This document shows positions 61,430 through 64,000 of a stretch of DNA of 64,000 nt, in pieces (position 1 is the first letter of the stretch; every line of letters starts with the position of its first letter). A model generated the notes under the pieces. That model did not search any database, had not been told where the DNA came from, and was given only the letters and a program-made list of their open reading frames with translations. Both the position numbers and the translations under genes were made by a program. The DNA comes from Spirochaetia bacterium (lineage in GTDB: Bacteria > Spirochaetota > Spirochaetia > WTKD01 > G963693115): assembly GCA_965226065.1 (NCBI GenBank), contig OZ245332.1, positions 873,651 through 937,650 of the forward strand, written 5' to 3'.

Positions 61430-62581
61430 ATGATACAAGTTCAAAGCCGAGAGGAATTATTACAAGAAATTTGCAAAGCCATAGCAGAGCATGGAGAAGC
61501 GGTAGACCTTAACTACATTGATACTTCGCTTATTACAGACATGAGCCGTTTATTCAGCATCAGCGGTACTAATACATTCAATGGAAACATAAGCGAATGG
61601 GATGTATCAAGCGTTACTAGTATGAGCGCTATGTTTTTCGGTACTGCTAAGTTCAATGGTGATATTAGCGAATGGAAGGTATCAAATGTAGAAAACATGA
61701 GCTATATGTTTTACAATGCTAAAGCATTCAATAGAGATATCAGCGCTTGGAGTGTATCGAAAGTAAAAGAGATGAGAGGTATGTTCAGAGGTGCTACTTC
61801 ATTCAACCAAGATATTAGCCGTTGGGATGTATCAAGCGTAGAAGACATGAAGAGTATGTTTTTTGGAGCTAGTTCATTCAATCAAGATATTAGCGGTTGG
61901 AATGTATTGAGCGTTACTAATATGAGCTATGTGTTCGCTTATGCTAAAGCATTCAATCAACCGCTTAACAGTTGGAATGTATCAAAGGTAACAGACATGA
62001 GCGGTATGTTCAGAGGTACTACTTCATTCAACCAAAATATTAGCCGTTGGGATGTATCAAGCGTAACAAACATGTACAATATGTTCAGAGGTGCTACTTC
62101 ATTCAATCAAGAGCTTAACAAGTGGAAGGTATTGAATGTACAAAGCATGAGCAGCATGTTCAGCGGTGCTATTTCATTCAATCAAAACCTCAACGAATGG
62201 GATGTATCGAGGGTAGAAATCATGAGCGGTATGTTCAGCAGTGCTACTTCATTCAATGGTAATATCAGCGAATGGAAAGTATTGAGCGTTACTAGCATGA
62301 GCAGTATGTTCTATAAGGCTACTTCATTCAATCAAAATCTTAACGAATGGGATGTATCGAGGGTAGAAAGCATGCGCTATATGTTTGACGGTGCTACTAA
62401 GTTCAATGGTGATATCAGCGAATGGGAGACAAGAAAGGTAAAAGACATGCTCTATATGTTCAGAGGTGCTACCGCATTCAATCAAGATCTTAACAAATGG
62501 AAGGTATCAAAGGTAAGAGACATGAGCAATATGTTTATAGACAGCGGAGTAAAGATCTTGCCTAGTTGGTATACCAAGTAA
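61430..62581 (+). CDS. DUF285 / BspA-like leucine-rich-repeat protein with 13 tandem 23-aa repeats
   Basis: AAGGA RBS. N-terminal module 'DLNYIDTSLITDM', then 13 repeats 'FNxxISxWDVSxVxxMxxMFxGAxx'. No signal peptide detected. Confidence 0.75.
   Translation: MIQVQSREELLQEICKAIAEHGEAVDLNYIDTSLITDMSRLFSISGTNTFNGNISEWDVSSVTSMSAMFFGTAKFNGDISEWKVSNVENMSYMFYNAKAFNRDISAWSVSKVKEMRGMFRGATSFNQDISRWDVSSVEDMKSMFFGASSFNQDISGWNVLSVTNMSYVFAYAKAFNQPLNSWNVSKVTDMSGMFRGTTSFNQNISRWDVSSVTNMYNMFRGATSFNQELNKWKVLNVQSMSSMFSGAISFNQNLNEWDVSRVEIMSGMFSSATSFNGNISEWKVLSVTSMSSMFYKATSFNQNLNEWDVSRVESMRYMFDGATKFNGDISEWETRKVKDMLYMFRGATAFNQDLNKWKVSKVRDMSNMFIDSGVKILPSWYTK
61577..62540. repeat. 69-nt in-frame tandem repeats (about 13 units) inside the DUF285 gene
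   Basis: Several units are near-identical at nucleotide level, e.g. 'attagccgttgggatgtatcaagcgta' occurs at least twice. Confidence 0.85.
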
Positions 62582-62783
62582 GAGGAAAATAAACAAAGAA
62601 GTAAAAGCTAACAATTGATTCAACGCAAAGAGTATGTTTATAACAGCGCTCTGGCTGCTAAACATACCGCTCTCGCTCTTTCTAGCTTTCTCCCTTCAGA
62701 GACTCATCACATCGCGTGTCTCTTAAGGTAGCCTTAAGCTTAAGCACGGTATCTTCAGATACTGTGATACACTAAAATTACTT

Positions 62784-63344
62784 ATGAAAGCAGGACAACT
62801 TGAAAAAGGCATGTGCATACTCTACAAAAACAATGAGCCTTTTTTAGTACAAGAGAGAGAATTTGTAAAGCCGGGCAAGGGCGGTGCATTTGTACGATGC
62901 AAGCTGAAAGCACTACTTTCGGGACATATTATACGAGAAGTTATCCGTTCTCACGACACACTTGAACTTGCAGAAATTGAGAACATCAAAGGGCAATACT
63001 TGTACGAAGATGGAACGCATTTTTACTTTATGGACCAAACAAGCTTTGAAGAACACACAGTAAAAATTGAAAATTTTGAGAATCATAAAAACTATCTGTA
63101 TACAGGTGAAATATACTCGCTGGTTTTTTTTAATAGCAATATTATCGATGTGTTGCTACCGCCGAAAGTTGCACTTACGGTTACATCAGCAGCAGAAGCA
63201 GTTAAAGGCGATACTGCAACAGGTGTTACTAAAATGGTCGAATGCGACACAGGTGCAATTATTAAAGTACCGGGATTTATACAAGAGGGTGAGAAAATTC
63301 TTGTAAATACTGAAACAGGCGAATACGCAGAGCGCGCAAATTAA
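62784..63344 (+). CDS. efp: Elongation factor P (Lys-type, 'KPGKGGAF' loop)
   Basis: 186 aa; 'FVKPGKGGAFVRCKLK'. Confidence 0.9.
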   Translation: MKAGQLEKGMCILYKNNEPFLVQEREFVKPGKGGAFVRCKLKALLSGHIIREVIRSHDTLELAEIENIKGQYLYEDGTHFYFMDQTSFEEHTVKIENFENHKNYLYTGEIYSLVFFNSNIIDVLLPPKVALTVTSAAEAVKGDTATGVTKMVECDTGAIIKVPGFIQEGEKILVNTETGEYAERAN

Positions 63345-63352
63345 CCATTATT

Positions 63353-63952
63353 TTGCATATGAACTGCACTGCTTCACAAAATCCTTCTGTTATCTCAAAA
63401 CTTCCTACCTCATTTGGCGAGTTCACCACATACGGATACTACCATAAAGGAAAAGAACATATCGCGCTCGTAATGGGAGATGTACATAATGTTGAGCACG
63501 TACTGTGCCGCGTACATTCTGAATGCTTGACAGGTGAAGTACTCCACTCACTACGCTGTGATTGCAAAGAGCAGTTGGAATTATCCCTTGCGAAAATAGC
63601 AGACAAAGGACAAGGTGTGCTTATTTATCTAAGGCAAGAAGGACGCGGCATAGGCTTAATACAAAAACTTCGCGCGTATAACTTACAACGAGAAGGTGTG
63701 GACACCGTTGATGCAAACGTGTATTTAGGACAACCTATAGACGCGCGCGAGTATAGCCTCGCTGCACATATATTAAGCTATTTACAGGTAAACTCGGTGC
63801 ATTTACTAACTAATAACCCCGATAAAGTTACACAGTTACAAAAGCATGGCGTGGTAATTTCGCAAACCATTGCACTAAAAGCTCAAAACATAAACCACTA
63901 CAATAGCGAATATCTGAAAACCAAAAGTAAAAAACTAGGTCATACGCTGTAA
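63353..63952 (+). CDS. ribA: GTP cyclohydrolase II (standalone RibA domain)
   Basis: 'RVHSECLTGEVLHSLRCDCKEQ' zinc-binding C-x-C, 'RQEGRGIGL'. 199 aa with no fused DHBP synthase domain. Confidence 0.85.
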   Translation: MHMNCTASQNPSVISKLPTSFGEFTTYGYYHKGKEHIALVMGDVHNVEHVLCRVHSECLTGEVLHSLRCDCKEQLELSLAKIADKGQGVLIYLRQEGRGIGLIQKLRAYNLQREGVDTVDANVYLGQPIDAREYSLAAHILSYLQVNSVHLLTNNPDKVTQLQKHGVVISQTIALKAQNINHYNSEYLKTKSKKLGHTL

Positions 63953-64000
63953 ATACGCAAAGGTAAAGACAGCTTCTTTTTTCAATGGAATATACCCGAG

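Noticed and set aside
61577-62540. Regularly spaced 69-nt repeats that could superficially be taken for a CRISPR array
   Set aside because: The whole 69-nt unit repeats, with no distinct repeat-plus-unique-spacer structure. The units are in frame inside a long ORF encoding a recognisable 23-aa protein repeat. No cas genes are nearby.
1-64000. Search for mobile elements, prophage, restriction-modification, toxin-antitoxin or CRISPR-Cas content
   Set aside because: No transposase or integrase-like ORF, no inverted-repeat-bounded segment, no methyltransferase/endonuclease pair and no short antitoxin/toxin bicistron were recognisable. The tRNA pair has no adjacent integrase. This absence is based on reading only and could miss highly divergent proteins.

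Overview
The window reads as a largely housekeeping chromosomal segment from a low-GC (about 40% by eye) spirochete, most likely a Treponema that is not T. pallidum itself. The organism call is inference from gene content alone: PPi-dependent phosphofructokinase, HflK/HflC, a CapD-like + DegT/SpsC-like pair, an archaeal-type UMP kinase, TPR lipoproteins, a SPOR-domain protein and a TRAP transporter. Coding density is high and both strands are used. No rRNA, CRISPR array, transposase or integrase is visible, and the two tRNA genes (Arg-TCT, Pro-TGG) sit side by side on the minus strand.

Recognisable content:
- Transport and sugar-acid use: TRAP DctQ/DctM, a DgoD-like dehydratase and gluconokinase; an amino-acid ABC binding protein and permease; four MFS transporters; a ZIP zinc transporter; a Ca2+/cation antiporter.
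- Translation and tRNA modification: HisRS, ThrRS, EF-P, methionine aminopeptidase, CmoA/CmoB.
- Cell wall and lipid: MurA, MurE, a CDP-alcohol phosphatidyltransferase.
- Central metabolism and cofactors: transketolase, PPi-PFK, PncB, DeoD, a standalone RibA.
- Helicases and chaperones: a DEAH/HrpB-like helicase, a DinG-like helicase, DjlA, HflKC.
- Peptidases and others: PepD, an M32 carboxypeptidase, a low-molecular-weight protein tyrosine phosphatase, a TlpA-like thiol-disulfide oxidoreductase.

The parts not explained by housekeeping are, in rough order of interest:
1. A self-contained five-gene operon (40552-45969): a UDP-sugar 4,6-dehydratase and a PLP aminotransferase followed by three tightly coupled ORFs with no recognisable motifs. 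This is the best candidate for an undescribed glycan or nonulosonate-like modification pathway.
2. An APC-family permease fused to a C-terminal PTS EIIA(Ntr)-type domain that keeps the phospho-histidine motif.
3. Two paralogous DUF285/BspA-like leucine-rich-repeat genes built from near-identical 69-nt coding repeats. One has no ATG start or signal peptide and may be a silent cassette.
4. A 54-nt VNTR inside a secreted propeller-like protein.
5. A perfect 3 x 12-nt simple sequence repeat about 45 nt upstream of the permease-EIIA gene.
6. A 31-nt near-identical direct repeat present in the 5' regions of both zupT and hisS.
7. An orphan ParA-like ATPase with a roughly 100-aa C-terminal extension.
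8. A 675-aa unknown wedged between the phosphatidyltransferase and UMP kinase genes.

All functional calls rest on motif and similarity recognition by eye. No database search was possible.
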